Positions 10,029 through 21,492 of a DNA stretch of 64,000 nt are shown here, one piece after another. Positions within the stretch are counted from its first letter, which is position 1, and the number at the start of each line of letters is the position of its first letter. The translations under genes and the position numbers were made by a program. The DNA is taken from the NCBI RefSeq assembly GCF_024223415.1, contig NZ_CP100500.1, one strand, 5' to 3'. Source of the stretch: Escherichia coli. GTDB lineage: Bacteria > Pseudomonadota > Gammaproteobacteria > Enterobacterales > Enterobacteriaceae. Under the pieces are notes generated by a model. The model was not told where the DNA came from. It did not search any database and worked only from the letters and a program-made list of their open reading frames with translations.

Positions 10029-13000
10029 TTAATGGAAAATGACGTCAGGTGCGCTTAACGCCTCACTCAAATCAAACACATCAAGTTCGGCAAAGGTGAC
10101 GGATTTATTGTCACGGTACACTCGAAGAGAACGGAAGCTCATTAGCGCTTTGCTATCAACATTGTAGTGGTTAAAACCGGGTGAAAACTTAAGGACCAGC
10201 CGGTACTCACCCAGGTTATAGACAAATGCGTCCTCATAGCCTGACTCCCAGCCTTTGTATCGCATTCCCATAAGTTGCCCAACGGTAGCGGATTTACCTT
10301 CCCAGCGAGTCAGGCTGTTACTGGTTGACTCGTCAGGTGTGAGCAGCACCGTGCGGCGCGACAACTGGCGAAAAGGCGGCATAATTTCGTAATCGGCAAA
10401 AAGCTGTGCAAATTCACTGCGCATTTCTGCTGTCATTTCTAACGGGTGGGCAATGCCAATCAGAGCGTCCGCAGGCAGGTCAATTGGCTCATCTTGCGCA
10501 TTGCAGAACTCCCCCTCTGCGGCCACACGAAAGGCTTTGAGTAAACAACGCGGTTCATTTGCCGGATAAACCCCCCATATTAATCGCTGGGTAACCAGAC
10601 GGGTAAAGGGATGATTAACAAACAGAGAATGAAAATCTGCCAGCGACCAGCGTCGGGTGGTACGTAGGGCCGTTTCAAGACGCGGGAGCAGGTTTTTGCT
10701 CACCTGAGTAGCATCTTTTTTTAGCCCTTTTAGTCGGGCCAGTGCCTCGGGCGCTTTCAGTTGATCGTCATCGGCGCGCAAACGGGGAACGCTTTTCTGG
10801 CGAACGTTTTGCTGATCAAAGATAACCGGGTTGAGATTTTCATCGAAGCGAACGGTAAACTGCCGGGGACCAAAATCAAAACTCAACGCCTGCGGATCAT
10901 CAAGGCCCAGGGTTGGGACTAATCTGTCCGCTAGCTCTTCCTGGCTTAGCCCGCGATTTTCTGCGACCACCTGAAGAAATTCCGCCGCGTTATCACGTAA
11001 GGGGCGGGATTTAGCCCGTTGCGATATATGATGCAGCTGTATCAGCGCCATATCATTATTCATCAGGGTAAGGATGTTCAGGCCGCTGACAGCACGGGCA
11101 GATTTGCCTTCTTGTGGCCAGGCGAGGATCTGTGTCGTCAGATCCCGTGCCGTGCTTTCGTCACCAAAGAGACTTAACGCCAGAAATGCCCAGTTGTCTT
11201 TTGCGGGGGCACCAGCTTGTTGCCACGCAGTGAAGAGATCCCAAGCAAAAGCTGCCAGCGTTTGTGGCTGGCAGAACGTTTTCAGTTGTTCCAGCCCGCT
11301 ATAAAAACGTCCCCCCTGGGTAAAGCGCAGCATTTCGCCGATAATTTCCAGAGCGTCATTGGTAACAGTTTGATTATTAGTGATAAGGCGCGGCCTGGAC
11401 CACATTTGCGGATGCCAGAAATCAGGGGCTTTTGGAATGCGTGCCGGGTAAATGTCCATTGGACCCTGTTTAAGCAACTGCTCCAGGGCAGACCATACAT
11501 CTGTACGCTGCCAGCGGTTTGCCACGGTTTGTAGCAATTCGCCATGTCCCTGTTCGTACAGTAAACGCAGGGCAAGTAATGCGGCTTCGCTATTATCGCT
11601 GGGTTTGGTAAAGACAAGAGGGATAAGTGCACTAGCCGTATGTTCCGGCCATTGTAAAATCCACTGGCGAGCCAGATCACGCTGCGCCGCGAAACGTCGC
11701 CAGACGTGGGCAACAGGCAGCGCCAGTTCTGTTGCGCCAAAATTTAAAATTAACGGAAATGTTTCTTTTGGACGATGTGAAAAAGCCAACAGCAGACCTG
11801 GTAGCGCATCCAATCCGAGGATACTGAGAAAATAGTCCTCACCCGCGAACAGATGCTTTTTCTCATTGATACGCAGCCAGAAGGTCAAAGCCATCTCACG
11901 CGGCAACTGTGCCAATAAATACAGGTTCCAGACACTCTTTTCCGGACGATAATGTGAGTAGTTGTCATTTTCCCATATGTTAATTAACGCTTCTATGTGA
12001 CCGCTGCGGAGCGCCTGTTCTGCTAATTGTGCTTCCGGGGAGTTCCAGCCATTCAGGATCTCTTCAACCCGCCCCTGGTAGTAATGCCACTGAACAAAGA
12101 GTGAATTGCGTGCAGCATCCAGTTTTCCGGGGAGTATATAATTCAGAAACAGCCATACATCATCCCCAAAACCCAGTTCCTGTAATACAACTCGTCCACT
12201 TTTTTGTTCCATGCGTTGCGCAAGAGATTCCGTGCTGAAATAACGGGCAGGCTCAGTGGCGGCAAGCCTCTCTTGTTCGCCTGGTTGCCAGTAAACTTGC
12301 GGAGTTAATTCGAGCGGTGCCAAATCAAGACGTGGAGCTGTCATTTTTTTCTTACTACGCCACGGTGGTGAAACGAGGATTTCTGGCAGATTGCTGTTAT
12401 CGGTGCCATCAATAACCGGTTTGGGCGGTGCCGATAAATAACTCTTCAGCACTGACTGGGGTTGAGTACTTAACCACGGCATCACTTCTGCTGCCAGTTG
12501 TGGCTGCGATGCCATCAGCGTTTGTAACAGCGCACGCCAGTATTCATCGCGTGCTTTTTGCTGTGCAGGCAGCTTTTTGTCTTCGATGATTGGATAACCA
12601 GGGCGGGCTGGTGGTTCTGTTAACGCCAGCAGTTCTGCCAGTGCGGCGAGCGTCGCATGGGGGAAGTTTTTATGGTATTTAGCTACACGTTGCAGGCTGG
12701 GTTTGTTTTTATCAGCCACCAGTAGCAAGGTGCGGATGACTTGCGGATGGTTAATTTGTACCAGCAGACTGCCGCAATCTTCTTTATGGGCATACATCGC
12801 GAGGCGCGGAATGGCTGCCAGTCCTTGTTCGCGCAAAAGGGCGGCGCAGGCCGCGTAGCCGAAGTGGTTTTCATGCGACATGTAGCTGGCTTCTCGATCG
12901 CTAAATATATCCTGGCTCCAGTAGTGTTCGAGTTTTCTCACCGCTGTGGGGTCATTAGCAACAACTTTTAACCACTCCTTAGAATGAAAATGAGTTCGCG

Positions 13001-13661
13001 GGCATTCAAGGCCTACCAACTCATTGGCTATTTCTGGTTTTTCCGGGAGGATCAGCGCAATAAAAGGGCGGCGAACTTTGGTTATTCCTGGTAGTGCGGC
13101 AATGAGTTTGTCGGCGCAACGCTGCCAGCAGCTTTCCTCTGCCAGAGAGAGATGCTTACGCAGTCGGAGATCGAATTCGTTATAGGTTTCTGAGCGATAA
13201 CCATAGCCATAATCCTCGTCCTGATACTGCAATGTCACTACCAGAGGATCACTCTCATAACACCGCGCAATAAACTGGCGTGCAATCACCACCTCAGTCG
13301 CATATTCCAGCCCCTCTTGTTGGACGATTTCGTCGAGCAACTGTTGGCTGTCATTTTGCGCGATACAGGCTAGCGCCGCCATTGTCCGGTCCGGGATTGA
13401 GGGTTTGTGTTCGCCGATCAAGTTGATGGCCTGCGTGATGGCGGACTGCCACTCCAGTGAAAAATTCTCATAACGCCAGACAATGTTTTTTTTCTTCTCA
13501 GCTTTTTGTAGCAATTCATCACCCAATGTCTGGATGAGACTTCCAGTGATAACGGACACTGGTTCGCCCGGCCAGCGACGATGACTGAGCGGCGTTTTGC
13601 CTTTTTTATATTTCAGTTCCAGTTGGGCGTTATCCGCCAGCCACGGTAATTCCTTGTCCAT
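10029..13661 (-). CDS. yehI: DUF4132-family large protein YehI
   Basis: 1210-aa ORF; shares multiple long motifs with the adjacent molR paralog (e.g. RLRKHLSL.EES.WQ.CA.KLIAA.P, DFGPRQFTV.FDE, QLFADYE..PPFRQ). Confidence 0.85.
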   Translation of the reverse strand: MDKELPWLADNAQLELKYKKGKTPLSHRRWPGEPVSVITGSLIQTLGDELLQKAEKKKNIVWRYENFSLEWQSAITQAINLIGEHKPSIPDRTMAALACIAQNDSQQLLDEIVQQEGLEYATEVVIARQFIARCYESDPLVVTLQYQDEDYGYGYRSETYNEFDLRLRKHLSLAEESCWQRCADKLIAALPGITKVRRPFIALILPEKPEIANELVGLECPRTHFHSKEWLKVVANDPTAVRKLEHYWSQDIFSDREASYMSHENHFGYAACAALLREQGLAAIPRLAMYAHKEDCGSLLVQINHPQVIRTLLLVADKNKPSLQRVAKYHKNFPHATLAALAELLALTEPPARPGYPIIEDKKLPAQQKARDEYWRALLQTLMASQPQLAAEVMPWLSTQPQSVLKSYLSAPPKPVIDGTDNSNLPEILVSPPWRSKKKMTAPRLDLAPLELTPQVYWQPGEQERLAATEPARYFSTESLAQRMEQKSGRVVLQELGFGDDVWLFLNYILPGKLDAARNSLFVQWHYYQGRVEEILNGWNSPEAQLAEQALRSGHIEALINIWENDNYSHYRPEKSVWNLYLLAQLPREMALTFWLRINEKKHLFAGEDYFLSILGLDALPGLLLAFSHRPKETFPLILNFGATELALPVAHVWRRFAAQRDLARQWILQWPEHTASALIPLVFTKPSDNSEAALLALRLLYEQGHGELLQTVANRWQRTDVWSALEQLLKQGPMDIYPARIPKAPDFWHPQMWSRPRLITNNQTVTNDALEIIGEMLRFTQGGRFYSGLEQLKTFCQPQTLAAFAWDLFTAWQQAGAPAKDNWAFLALSLFGDESTARDLTTQILAWPQEGKSARAVSGLNILTLMNNDMALIQLHHISQRAKSRPLRDNAAEFLQVVAENRGLSQEELADRLVPTLGLDDPQALSFDFGPRQFTVRFDENLNPVIFDQQNVRQKSVPRLRADDDQLKAPEALARLKGLKKDATQVSKNLLPRLETALRTTRRWSLADFHSLFVNHPFTRLVTQRLIWGVYPANEPRCLLKAFRVAAEGEFCNAQDEPIDLPADALIGIAHPLEMTAEMRSEFAQLFADYEIMPPFRQLSRRTVLLTPDESTSNSLTRWEGKSATVGQLMGMRYKGWESGYEDAFVYNLGEYRLVLKFSPGFNHYNVDSKALMSFRSLRVYRDNKSVTFAELDVFDLSEALSAPDVIFH

Positions 13662-13670
13662 GCTCTTTCC

Positions 13671-16600
13671 TTATTCAAACAGGGCTTCAATATCGTTAAT
13701 TAGCTCGCTGGCGGTGATGGCATCGATTACGGAGAACTGCGCTTCCTGTGTTGAATTACTCCCCCAGCCATATCTTTCTGCTTTGCCTTCCCATAGCCAC
13801 AGCTTGCTTAAGAGCTGCTCAGCGCTGAGTTCGGCTGGCGACATGCCTACCGCAAAGCCTTCATCGATTTCCATGATTAACGACCAGCGACCCAAAGGTT
13901 TGATCATCCATCCGATCCAGCCTCCATCCTGTGGTTCGCCCTTTATCCAGCCTTTATTCGCCAGCCCCATGACCCGACCACTCGGGCATTTTCTGCCTGC
14001 CCAGCGGGTCAGTTCACTGGCATTGCGCTCGGCTTCTGTCAGGGCGTAGCTGTTACGGTCGATCTGGCGGAACGGTGGTAGCAGTTCGTAGTCGGCAAAA
14101 AGCTGACCAAAGGCGGCAGCATCCGTTGGTGATATTTCCAGAACGTGAGGAGTGCCGATAGAGATATCGCCTTCCGGCAGGGTGAAAAGATCATCGTCAG
14201 CGGTGCTGGAGCTGTTATCTTCTGCTACGCGAAAGCAAGCCAGTAGCTGGTTTTCGGCGCTATAAACGCCCCAAATCAGACGGCGGGTTAAGTGACGAAC
14301 CAGCGGATGCTCAACCAGGAAGAGCTGGAAGTTTTCCAGCGACCAGCGGCGGCGCAGGCACATGGCGGATTCCAGCCTTGCTACCTGCTGGGCGGCGATG
14401 GTACGCGCATCTTTTTTCAGCAATTTGTAGCGGTTAACCGCATCGTTCGCCCGCGTTTCATCATCGCTTTTGTTCGGTTTGGGCAGGTCTTTCAGGCGGC
14501 TGCCGGAAACATCACGCACAAACGGTTTTAAGGTTTCATCAAAGCTGACGGTGAACTGCCGTGGGCCAAAATCCAGCAGCAGCGAACCGTTATCATCCAG
14601 ACCGAGATCCGGTGCTAACCGATCTTCAAGCTCCGCCACCGTGAGTTCGCGGCTCTCGGCAATGTCGGCAATTTTTTCTTTTGCCCGCTCCTGTAATGCT
14701 TTGAATTTCAGTTTCTGGGCGATGCCGTTAAGCTGCATAAGGGCGATATCACTACCGATAGCAGCGAGAATATCCAACCCAACGGTGGCGCGTTTATGCT
14801 GGGATTCACCAGGCCAGGCGCGTATTAATGGCGTCAGTTTGCGGGCGGTGTCATCGTTACCGAGAACGCCTAACGCAGTGAACGCCCAACTCTCTTTCGA
14901 CGGCGCGCCAGCGGTCTGCCAGGCGGTAAACAGATCCCAGGCAAATCCCGCCAGTGAGTCGGCGGAACAGACGTCTTTCACCTGCAATAATCCCGGATAC
15001 AGAGCCTCTTCCTGAGGGAAGCGGAGCATTTCACCGAGGTGGAGGAGGGCGCTATCTGGCAGTGATTGGGCATTTGCTTTTAATACCGGGCGCGTCCAGA
15101 GCGATGGCTGATAAAAGGCCGGAAGAGTGGGGATTTTTGTCGGGTGATTATCTAAGGGATCGAGCGCAAGCAGAGCGTTCACCGCATCGGTTACTTCCGG
15201 CTGGTTATAACGTCGGGCGATTTCTTGCAGTAATGGCTGATGACCGTTTTCGGTAAGCATACGCAAGGCAGCGCGGGCGTTATCCTGGGCTTCACCGGCT
15301 TTGCCGAGCGCCGCAGGCAGCAGGCCGGTAAGGGCATGTTCCGGGTATTTCAACAGCCAGCTACGGGCGTTTTCGCGTAGCGTTTTCAGTTTGTTGAAGG
15401 CACGGGCGACGGCAGGAGCCAGCTCACTCGCTGCGAAGTAATTCGTGATGGGCAAGGCTTCTTGTGGATAGCGTGCAAGTGAGTTTACTAACCCAGGTAA
15501 CCCTTTGAGTCCAAAATGTAACATGGAGTATTCGGTATCGGTATGTGGAGATAGGGTAAGGGCATTCCATGCTTTTACTGCTTTCTCCAGCGGCAATGTT
15601 GTCAAAATCCCCAACTGCCAATAATGCCCGGTAGGTGAATGAAACACCTTAAATTCACTTAGTAAGGTTGAATAATCTTCATTTAGCCATGCCTCAACTA
15701 CCGCTTCGGGAGCTTTAATATATGTACCAGCGATCCGTCGTTGAAAACCCATCCTTGCCAACAGGTTGGTAGTACTTTCTTCATGGCTAACCGTGATGTG
15801 TTTTGAATACCAGATATATTTCGCCAAAAGTTGATTACTGATTTCTTCTGTCAGATAACAGATTGGCTCAATGCCTAATGGCGCTAAATCCAGCACCGGA
15901 ATCGGCGATTTTTTCTTTTTCGAAAGCCAGGGAGGGGAGACTACTACGGCTGGCAGTAGATCGGCGCTGGCATGGTTTGAGGGCTGTGTCAGTTGTTGCT
16001 GGCATGATTTCAGTACGGCAACTGCGGGTGTCGAGAGCCAGGGAATGACCTGTTCTGCCAGTGCTGGTTGTGAGATAAGCATTGTCATTAGCATAATGCG
16101 CCAACTGTTCTCTTCTTTTTGCCCAAGAAGTTCCGTCAGTGCCGCCATTGCTGCATGTGGGAACGCAGCAATGGCTTTCGTCATCCGATCGTGACAGCGT
16201 TTAGTTTGCCCGGCTACACGTATAAGCAGTGTCAATGCGAACGGATGATTGATATGACGCAACACATCGGCGCAGTAGTCACTTGCGGCATAGGGAGCAA
16301 ATCGGGGCAGGGCTGCAACACCTTGCTCCTGTAATACGGTGGCTGACCATATCGCACCACAATAGTAATCATCAAAAATGGCATATGGTTCGTGATATTT
16401 TTCTAATGAGGCAAGAATGTGCTCATCAGTCGCCACTATTTTTAACCACTCAAGCGAGGGTAATTTTTTTTGCCCCAGTAGACGCTGGGCAATTTCATGT
16501 GCAATTTCTGGTTTTTCGGGTAATAACAAAGCAATTAATGGTTGCCGCCATTCTGGAATATGTGGAATTGCTGCAATAAGTTTTTGTGCACATTTTTGCC

Positions 16601-17465
16601 AGAGAGACTCTTCCGTCAGTGATAAATGTTTACGTAGGCGTAATTCAAATCTGGAATATTGCTCCAAGTAGCTAGGTGCAATGCCAGACGGCAGAATAAT
16701 AATGACATTATTCGCATAATCCCATTCAATATCAATCTGTTGAAGGTGTGTTATTACATCAGTAGCATATTCCAGACCGCCTTCCTGGACGATCTGATCC
16801 ATAACATCCTCACGCACTTTATATCTTGTGCATTTCATTTCAAGTGCCGTGAGTACAGCCATTACTGGTGATGGTAACTGTGTTGTTTTCAGGCCGTCGA
16901 TCTGACTGATCGCCTGGGCGACGGTGTTTTGCCATTCTAAAGAACAGGCGCTGAAGTCAAATGTGGCTGTTTTATTATCCCGTTGCGACACACTACAGGC
17001 TAAGCGACGTAATTGGGTCAATTTGTCTGCTTGCTGAACAGGAACTCCGGGAAAGCGGCGATGACTTAACGTGGTGTGTACAACTTCGGGCGGAAAAACG
17101 ACAGCAATATCTTTCGCCAGCCACGGTAAAACAGCATCTGTATTTTTGTCAGGCGCACGGGTTTCTGCTACGAAAGAGGGTTGTTCCTGAATAATGGTGG
17201 ATAAGTCCGCTACCTTGAGAGAGCCCGTTACCGTTTGGGAAGGTTGCAAAGAATTATCCTTCGCTTGCTCCACATACCCCTTCTTCACCTTCTCCGCAAT
17301 CAGCTTAAGTTCCGCTTTTTCCGCTGCCGCAGCATCTGAAAAACTTTTTATCTGACTTTGCCCTTTGGTGCCAACTTTTCCCCAACTGATATGCAACTCG
17401 TTTCCCTGTTGCTCCACCGCCCAGAATTTATGTGATTTTTCGTCCTGATAGATAAAGTGTCTCAT
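13671..17465 (-). CDS. molR: MolR/YehH-family large protein with N-terminal WGR domain, intact
   Basis: 1264-aa uninterrupted ORF; N-terminus HKFWAVEQQGNELHISWGKVGTKGQ is WGR-like; paralogous to yehI. Confidence 0.8.
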   Translation of the reverse strand: MRHFIYQDEKSHKFWAVEQQGNELHISWGKVGTKGQSQIKSFSDAAAAEKAELKLIAEKVKKGYVEQAKDNSLQPSQTVTGSLKVADLSTIIQEQPSFVAETRAPDKNTDAVLPWLAKDIAVVFPPEVVHTTLSHRRFPGVPVQQADKLTQLRRLACSVSQRDNKTATFDFSACSLEWQNTVAQAISQIDGLKTTQLPSPVMAVLTALEMKCTRYKVREDVMDQIVQEGGLEYATDVITHLQQIDIEWDYANNVIIILPSGIAPSYLEQYSRFELRLRKHLSLTEESLWQKCAQKLIAAIPHIPEWRQPLIALLLPEKPEIAHEIAQRLLGQKKLPSLEWLKIVATDEHILASLEKYHEPYAIFDDYYCGAIWSATVLQEQGVAALPRFAPYAASDYCADVLRHINHPFALTLLIRVAGQTKRCHDRMTKAIAAFPHAAMAALTELLGQKEENSWRIMLMTMLISQPALAEQVIPWLSTPAVAVLKSCQQQLTQPSNHASADLLPAVVVSPPWLSKKKKSPIPVLDLAPLGIEPICYLTEEISNQLLAKYIWYSKHITVSHEESTTNLLARMGFQRRIAGTYIKAPEAVVEAWLNEDYSTLLSEFKVFHSPTGHYWQLGILTTLPLEKAVKAWNALTLSPHTDTEYSMLHFGLKGLPGLVNSLARYPQEALPITNYFAASELAPAVARAFNKLKTLRENARSWLLKYPEHALTGLLPAALGKAGEAQDNARAALRMLTENGHQPLLQEIARRYNQPEVTDAVNALLALDPLDNHPTKIPTLPAFYQPSLWTRPVLKANAQSLPDSALLHLGEMLRFPQEEALYPGLLQVKDVCSADSLAGFAWDLFTAWQTAGAPSKESWAFTALGVLGNDDTARKLTPLIRAWPGESQHKRATVGLDILAAIGSDIALMQLNGIAQKLKFKALQERAKEKIADIAESRELTVAELEDRLAPDLGLDDNGSLLLDFGPRQFTVSFDETLKPFVRDVSGSRLKDLPKPNKSDDETRANDAVNRYKLLKKDARTIAAQQVARLESAMCLRRRWSLENFQLFLVEHPLVRHLTRRLIWGVYSAENQLLACFRVAEDNSSSTADDDLFTLPEGDISIGTPHVLEISPTDAAAFGQLFADYELLPPFRQIDRNSYALTEAERNASELTRWAGRKCPSGRVMGLANKGWIKGEPQDGGWIGWMIKPLGRWSLIMEIDEGFAVGMSPAELSAEQLLSKLWLWEGKAERYGWGSNSTQEAQFSVIDAITASELINDIEALFE

Positions 17466-17564
17466 TCTGCATCCCTGTAATTTTATCCAGTTGAATGCAG
17501 ATGCTACCAGTATTTATGCGGGTTAGAGAGAGACAAAATCGCAAGAAAACAACTTTAGGAATTT

Positions 17565-17597
17565 ATAAAGAAAAGGCGCTGTCGATGCAGCGCCTTG
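17565..17597 (-). terminator. Intrinsic terminator after metG
   Basis: Hairpin aggcgctg...cagcgcct followed on the minus strand by a T-rich tract. Confidence 0.5.
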
Positions 17598-17605
17598 AAG
17601 GGGGA

Positions 17606-19639
17606 TTATTTCACCTGATGACCCGGTTTAGCACCAGCATCCGGGCTTAGCAGGAAGATATCTTTCCCGCCTGGACCGGCAGCCATCACCATGCCTTCGG
17701 AGATTCCAAAGCGCATTTTACGTGGTGCCAGGTTAGCCACCATAATGGTGTGACGACCAATCAGTGCCTGCGGATCCGGGTAGGCAGAACGAATACCGGA
17801 GAAGACATTGCGTTTTTCACCGCCGAGATCCAGTGTCAGGCGCAGCAGTTTGTCAGAACCTTCAACAAACTCTGCGTTTTCGATCAGCGCTACGCGCAGG
17901 TCAACTTTGGCGAAGTCGTCAAAGGTGATGGTTTCCTGAATCGGATCATCTGCCAGTGGGCCAGTAACTGGCGCGGCAGCTGCTTTCACTTCTTCTTTAG
18001 AGGCTTCCACCAGAGCTTCAACCTGTTTCATATCGATGCGGTTATACAGCGCCTTGAACGGATTCACTTTGTGGCCCAGCAGCGGTTGCTGGATACCATC
18101 CCAGGTCAGTTCCGTATTGAGGAAGGCTTCTGCACGCTCGGTCAGTTTCGGCAGTACCGGCTTCAGGTAAGTCATCAGCACGCGGAACAGGTTGATGCCC
18201 ATTGAGCAAATCGCCTGCAGGTCAGCATCGCGACCTTCCTGTTTTGCGACTACCCACGGAGCCTGTTCATCGACATAGCGGTTAGCCAGATCAGCCAGCG
18301 CCATGATTTCGCGCACAGCTTTACCAAATTCACGGCTTTCCCACGCTTCACCAATCACTTCAGCGGCATCAGTGAAGGTTTTGTACAACTGCGGGTCAGC
18401 CAGTTCGTTTGCCAGCACGCCGTCAAAACGTTTGTTGATAAAGCCCGCGTTACGGGAGGCCAGGTTAACCACTTTGTTAACGATATCGGCATTCACGCGC
18501 TGAACGAAATCCTCCAGGTTGAGATCGATATCATCAATGCGCGAAGAGAGTTTCGCAGTGTAGTAGTAACGCAGGCTGTCAGCGTCAAAATGATTCAGCC
18601 AGGTGCTGGCTTTAATAAAGGTGCCGCGAGACTTGGACATCTTCGCGCCGTTCACCGTCACATAGCCATGAACAAACAGGTTGGTCGGCTTGCGGAAGTT
18701 GCTGCCTTCCAGCATGGCAGGCCAGAACAGGCTGTGGAAGTAAACGATATCTTTACCGATGAAGTGGTACAGCTCGGCGGTGGAGTCTTTCTTCCAGTAT
18801 TCATCGAAGCTTACGCTGTCGCCGCGCTTGTCGCACAGATTCTTGAAAGAACCCATGTAGCCAATCGGTGCGTCCAGCCAGACGTAGAAATATTTGCCCG
18901 GCGCGTTCGGAATTTCAAAACCGAAGTAAGGGGCGTCGCGGGAGATATCCCACTGTTGCAGGCCAGATTCAAACCACTCCTGCATTTTATTTGCCACCTG
19001 CTCCTGCAACGCACCGCTGCGGGTCCATGCCTGCAACATTTCGCTGAAAGAGGGCAGATCAAAGAAGAAGTGTTCAGAATCACGCATTACCGGCGTAGCG
19101 CCAGAAACCACCGATTTCGGCTCGATCAATTCAGTCGGGCTGTAGGTCGCGCCGCAGACTTCGCAGTTATCGCCGTATTGATCCGGGGATTTACATTTCG
19201 GGCAGGTGCCTTTCACAAAACGGTCCGGCAGGAACATGCCTTTTTCCGGATCGTACAGCTGAGAGATGGTGCGGTTTTTAATAAAACCGTTTTCTTTCAG
19301 GCGAGAGTAGATAAGTTCTGACAACTGGCGGTTCTCTTCGCTGTGCGTCGAGTGATAGTTGTCATAGCTGATGTTAAAGCCTGCGAAATCAGTCTGATGC
19401 TCCTGACTCATTTCGCCAATCATCTGCTCCGGTGTGATACCAAGCTGCTGAGCTTTCAGCATGATCGGTGTACCGTGGGCATCGTCGGCGCAGATGAAGT
19501 TGACCTCGTGGCCGCGCATTCGCTGGTAACGGACCCAGACATCAGCCTGGATGTGCTCCAGCATATGGCCGAGGTGGATTGAGCCGTTAGCGTACGGCAG
19601 TGCGCACGTCACCAGAATTTTCTTCGCGACTTGAGTCAT
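17606..19639 (-). CDS. metG: Methionine--tRNA ligase
   Basis: Translation [35 protein letters not shown] with HLGH and KMSKS motifs. Confidence 0.95.
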   Translation of the reverse strand: MTQVAKKILVTCALPYANGSIHLGHMLEHIQADVWVRYQRMRGHEVNFICADDAHGTPIMLKAQQLGITPEQMIGEMSQEHQTDFAGFNISYDNYHSTHSEENRQLSELIYSRLKENGFIKNRTISQLYDPEKGMFLPDRFVKGTCPKCKSPDQYGDNCEVCGATYSPTELIEPKSVVSGATPVMRDSEHFFFDLPSFSEMLQAWTRSGALQEQVANKMQEWFESGLQQWDISRDAPYFGFEIPNAPGKYFYVWLDAPIGYMGSFKNLCDKRGDSVSFDEYWKKDSTAELYHFIGKDIVYFHSLFWPAMLEGSNFRKPTNLFVHGYVTVNGAKMSKSRGTFIKASTWLNHFDADSLRYYYTAKLSSRIDDIDLNLEDFVQRVNADIVNKVVNLASRNAGFINKRFDGVLANELADPQLYKTFTDAAEVIGEAWESREFGKAVREIMALADLANRYVDEQAPWVVAKQEGRDADLQAICSMGINLFRVLMTYLKPVLPKLTERAEAFLNTELTWDGIQQPLLGHKVNPFKALYNRIDMKQVEALVEASKEEVKAAAAPVTGPLADDPIQETITFDDFAKVDLRVALIENAEFVEGSDKLLRLTLDLGGEKRNVFSGIRSAYPDPQALIGRHTIMVANLAPRKMRFGISEGMVMAAGPGGKDIFLLSPDAGAKPGHQVK

Positions 19640-19770
19640 AGTAGGCATTACTTCTTAATAGTGAAAAGGGGTTAGATAGTACCAAATGGGAAAATGTTAA
19701 GTAAGTACTTCTCTATATTCTTCAGGTAAACTATCAGCTGATGGTTTATCTATACAAAAAAGGAGTCGGG

Positions 19771-20880
19771 ATGAACGAACAATCCCAGGCCAAATCACCA
19801 GAAGCCTTGCGCGCAATGGTCGCCGGGACACTGGCCAATTTTCAGCACCCAACCCTGAAGCATAACCTCACCACGCTGAAAGCGTTGCACCATGTCGCCT
19901 GGATGGACGACACGTTGCATGTGGAACTGGTTATGCCATTCGTCTGGCATAGCGCGTTTGAAGAGTTAAAAGAGCAATGTAGCGCCGAACTGCTGCGTAT
20001 CACCGGGGCGAAAGCTATCGACTGGAAACTGTCGCACAATATCGCCACCTTAAAACGCGTGAAGAATCAGCCGGGTATTAATGGCGTGAAGAACATCATT
20101 GCGGTCAGTTCCGGTAAAGGCGGCGTGGGTAAATCCTCCACGGCGGTAAACCTGGCACTGGCGCTGGCGGCAGAAGGGGCGAAAGTCGGCATTCTGGACG
20201 CCGATATCTACGGCCCATCAATCCCAACAATGTTGGGCGCAGAAAATCAGCGTCCAACTTCGCCGGACGGTACCCATATGGCACCGATTATGTCTCATGG
20301 CCTGGCAACCAATTCAATTGGTTATCTGGTCACTGACGACAATGCGATGGTGTGGCGTGGACCGATGGCGAGCAAGGCGTTAATGCAGATGTTGCAGGAA
20401 ACCTTGTGGCCGGATCTCGACTATCTGGTGCTTGATATGCCGCCAGGCACCGGTGACATTCAATTGACGCTTGCGCAAAACATTCCAGTAACTGGTGCAG
20501 TCGTGGTCACCACCCCGCAGGACATCGCGTTGATCGATGCGAAAAAAGGCATTGTGATGTTCGAGAAAGTCGAGGTTCCGGTGCTTGGTATTGTCGAGAA
20601 CATGAGTGTGCATATTTGCAGTAACTGTGGTCACCATGAACCGATTTTCGGTACCGGTGGTGCAGAGAAACTGGCTGAAAAATACCACACACAGCTGCTG
20701 GGGCAGATGCCGTTACACATCTCCTTACGTGAGGATCTCGATAAAGGCACGCCAACGGTTATCAGCCGTCCGGAGAGCGAATTTACCGCTATCTACCGCC
20801 AGCTGGCTGACCGCGTTGCAGCTCAGCTCTACTGGCAGGGTGAAGTCATTCCAGGCGAGATTTCCTTCCGCGCGGTCTAA
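19771..20880 (+). CDS. apbC: Fe-S cluster carrier ATPase Mrp/ApbC
   Basis: P-loop GKGGVGKSS and CxxC motif; start MNEQSQAKSPEAL chosen inside longer ORF. Confidence 0.9.
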   Translation: MNEQSQAKSPEALRAMVAGTLANFQHPTLKHNLTTLKALHHVAWMDDTLHVELVMPFVWHSAFEELKEQCSAELLRITGAKAIDWKLSHNIATLKRVKNQPGINGVKNIIAVSSGKGGVGKSSTAVNLALALAAEGAKVGILDADIYGPSIPTMLGAENQRPTSPDGTHMAPIMSHGLATNSIGYLVTDDNAMVWRGPMASKALMQMLQETLWPDLDYLVLDMPPGTGDIQLTLAQNIPVTGAVVVTTPQDIALIDAKKGIVMFEKVEVPVLGIVENMSVHICSNCGHHEPIFGTGGAEKLAEKYHTQLLGQMPLHISLREDLDKGTPTVISRPESEFTAIYRQLADRVAAQLYWQGEVIPGEISFRAV

Positions 20881-20910
20881 CGCCTATTAACCATTCTGGT
20901 TATTCTTCAT

Positions 20911-20952
20911 ACACCGCAGAGATGTTACATTGATGCGGTGTATTAGTTTTTG
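20911..20952 (+). terminator. Intrinsic terminator after apbC
   Basis: Hairpin acaccgca...tgcggtgt followed by T-rich tract. Confidence 0.5.
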
Positions 20953-21142
20953 CCGCATTAATGAACACTTATTTAATACTGCGAATATTCTGCGGACCTT
21001 CGTCCGAAACTCTACAAAGTCGATTGATCATACAGGCAATGCTTCATTATCATCCTTCGTGGCTGTGTAGTGGATGTACAGCTATAGTTTGTTATGCACT
21101 CATTCTATCCAGGCATAACCTTTACTACAGGGATAACGTTCA

Positions 21143-21424
21143 ATGAATAAGTATTGGCTGTCAGGAATTATTTTTCTTGCCTATGGATTGGCTTCTCCCG
21201 CATTCTCTTCAGAGACTGCCACATTAGCGATTAATGGCAGGATCAGTCCCCCAACATGCAGTATGGCTATGGTTAATGGTCAACCTCAACAGCATTGTGG
21301 TCAGTTAACGTATAATGTTGACACCCGTCATCTGTTTTCTTCGCCCGTCAAAGGTGTAACGACAGAAGTGGTTGTTGCAGGTAGCGATAGCAAACGTCGA
21401 ATCGTGTTAAATCGCTACGATTAA
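21143..21424 (+). CDS. yehE: Small secreted protein YehE
   Basis: 93-aa ORF with signal peptide upstream of the fimbrial operon. Confidence 0.65.
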   Translation: MNKYWLSGIIFLAYGLASPAFSSETATLAINGRISPPTCSMAMVNGQPQQHCGQLTYNVDTRHLFSSPVKGVTTEVVVAGSDSKRRIVLNRYD

Positions 21425-21454
21425 TTTGGCAACCTGATTTTAATTGCATTTAGA

Positions 21455-21492
21455 AAGCCGAAATCATTTATATAAATGATTTCGGCTTTTTT
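21455..21492 (+). terminator. Intrinsic terminator after yehE
   Basis: Hairpin agccgaaatcattta/taaatgatttcggct followed by TTTTTT. Confidence 0.55.

Noticed and set aside
18590-19321. 243-aa plus-strand ORF
   Set aside because: Antisense to the well-supported metG coding sequence; no independent support.
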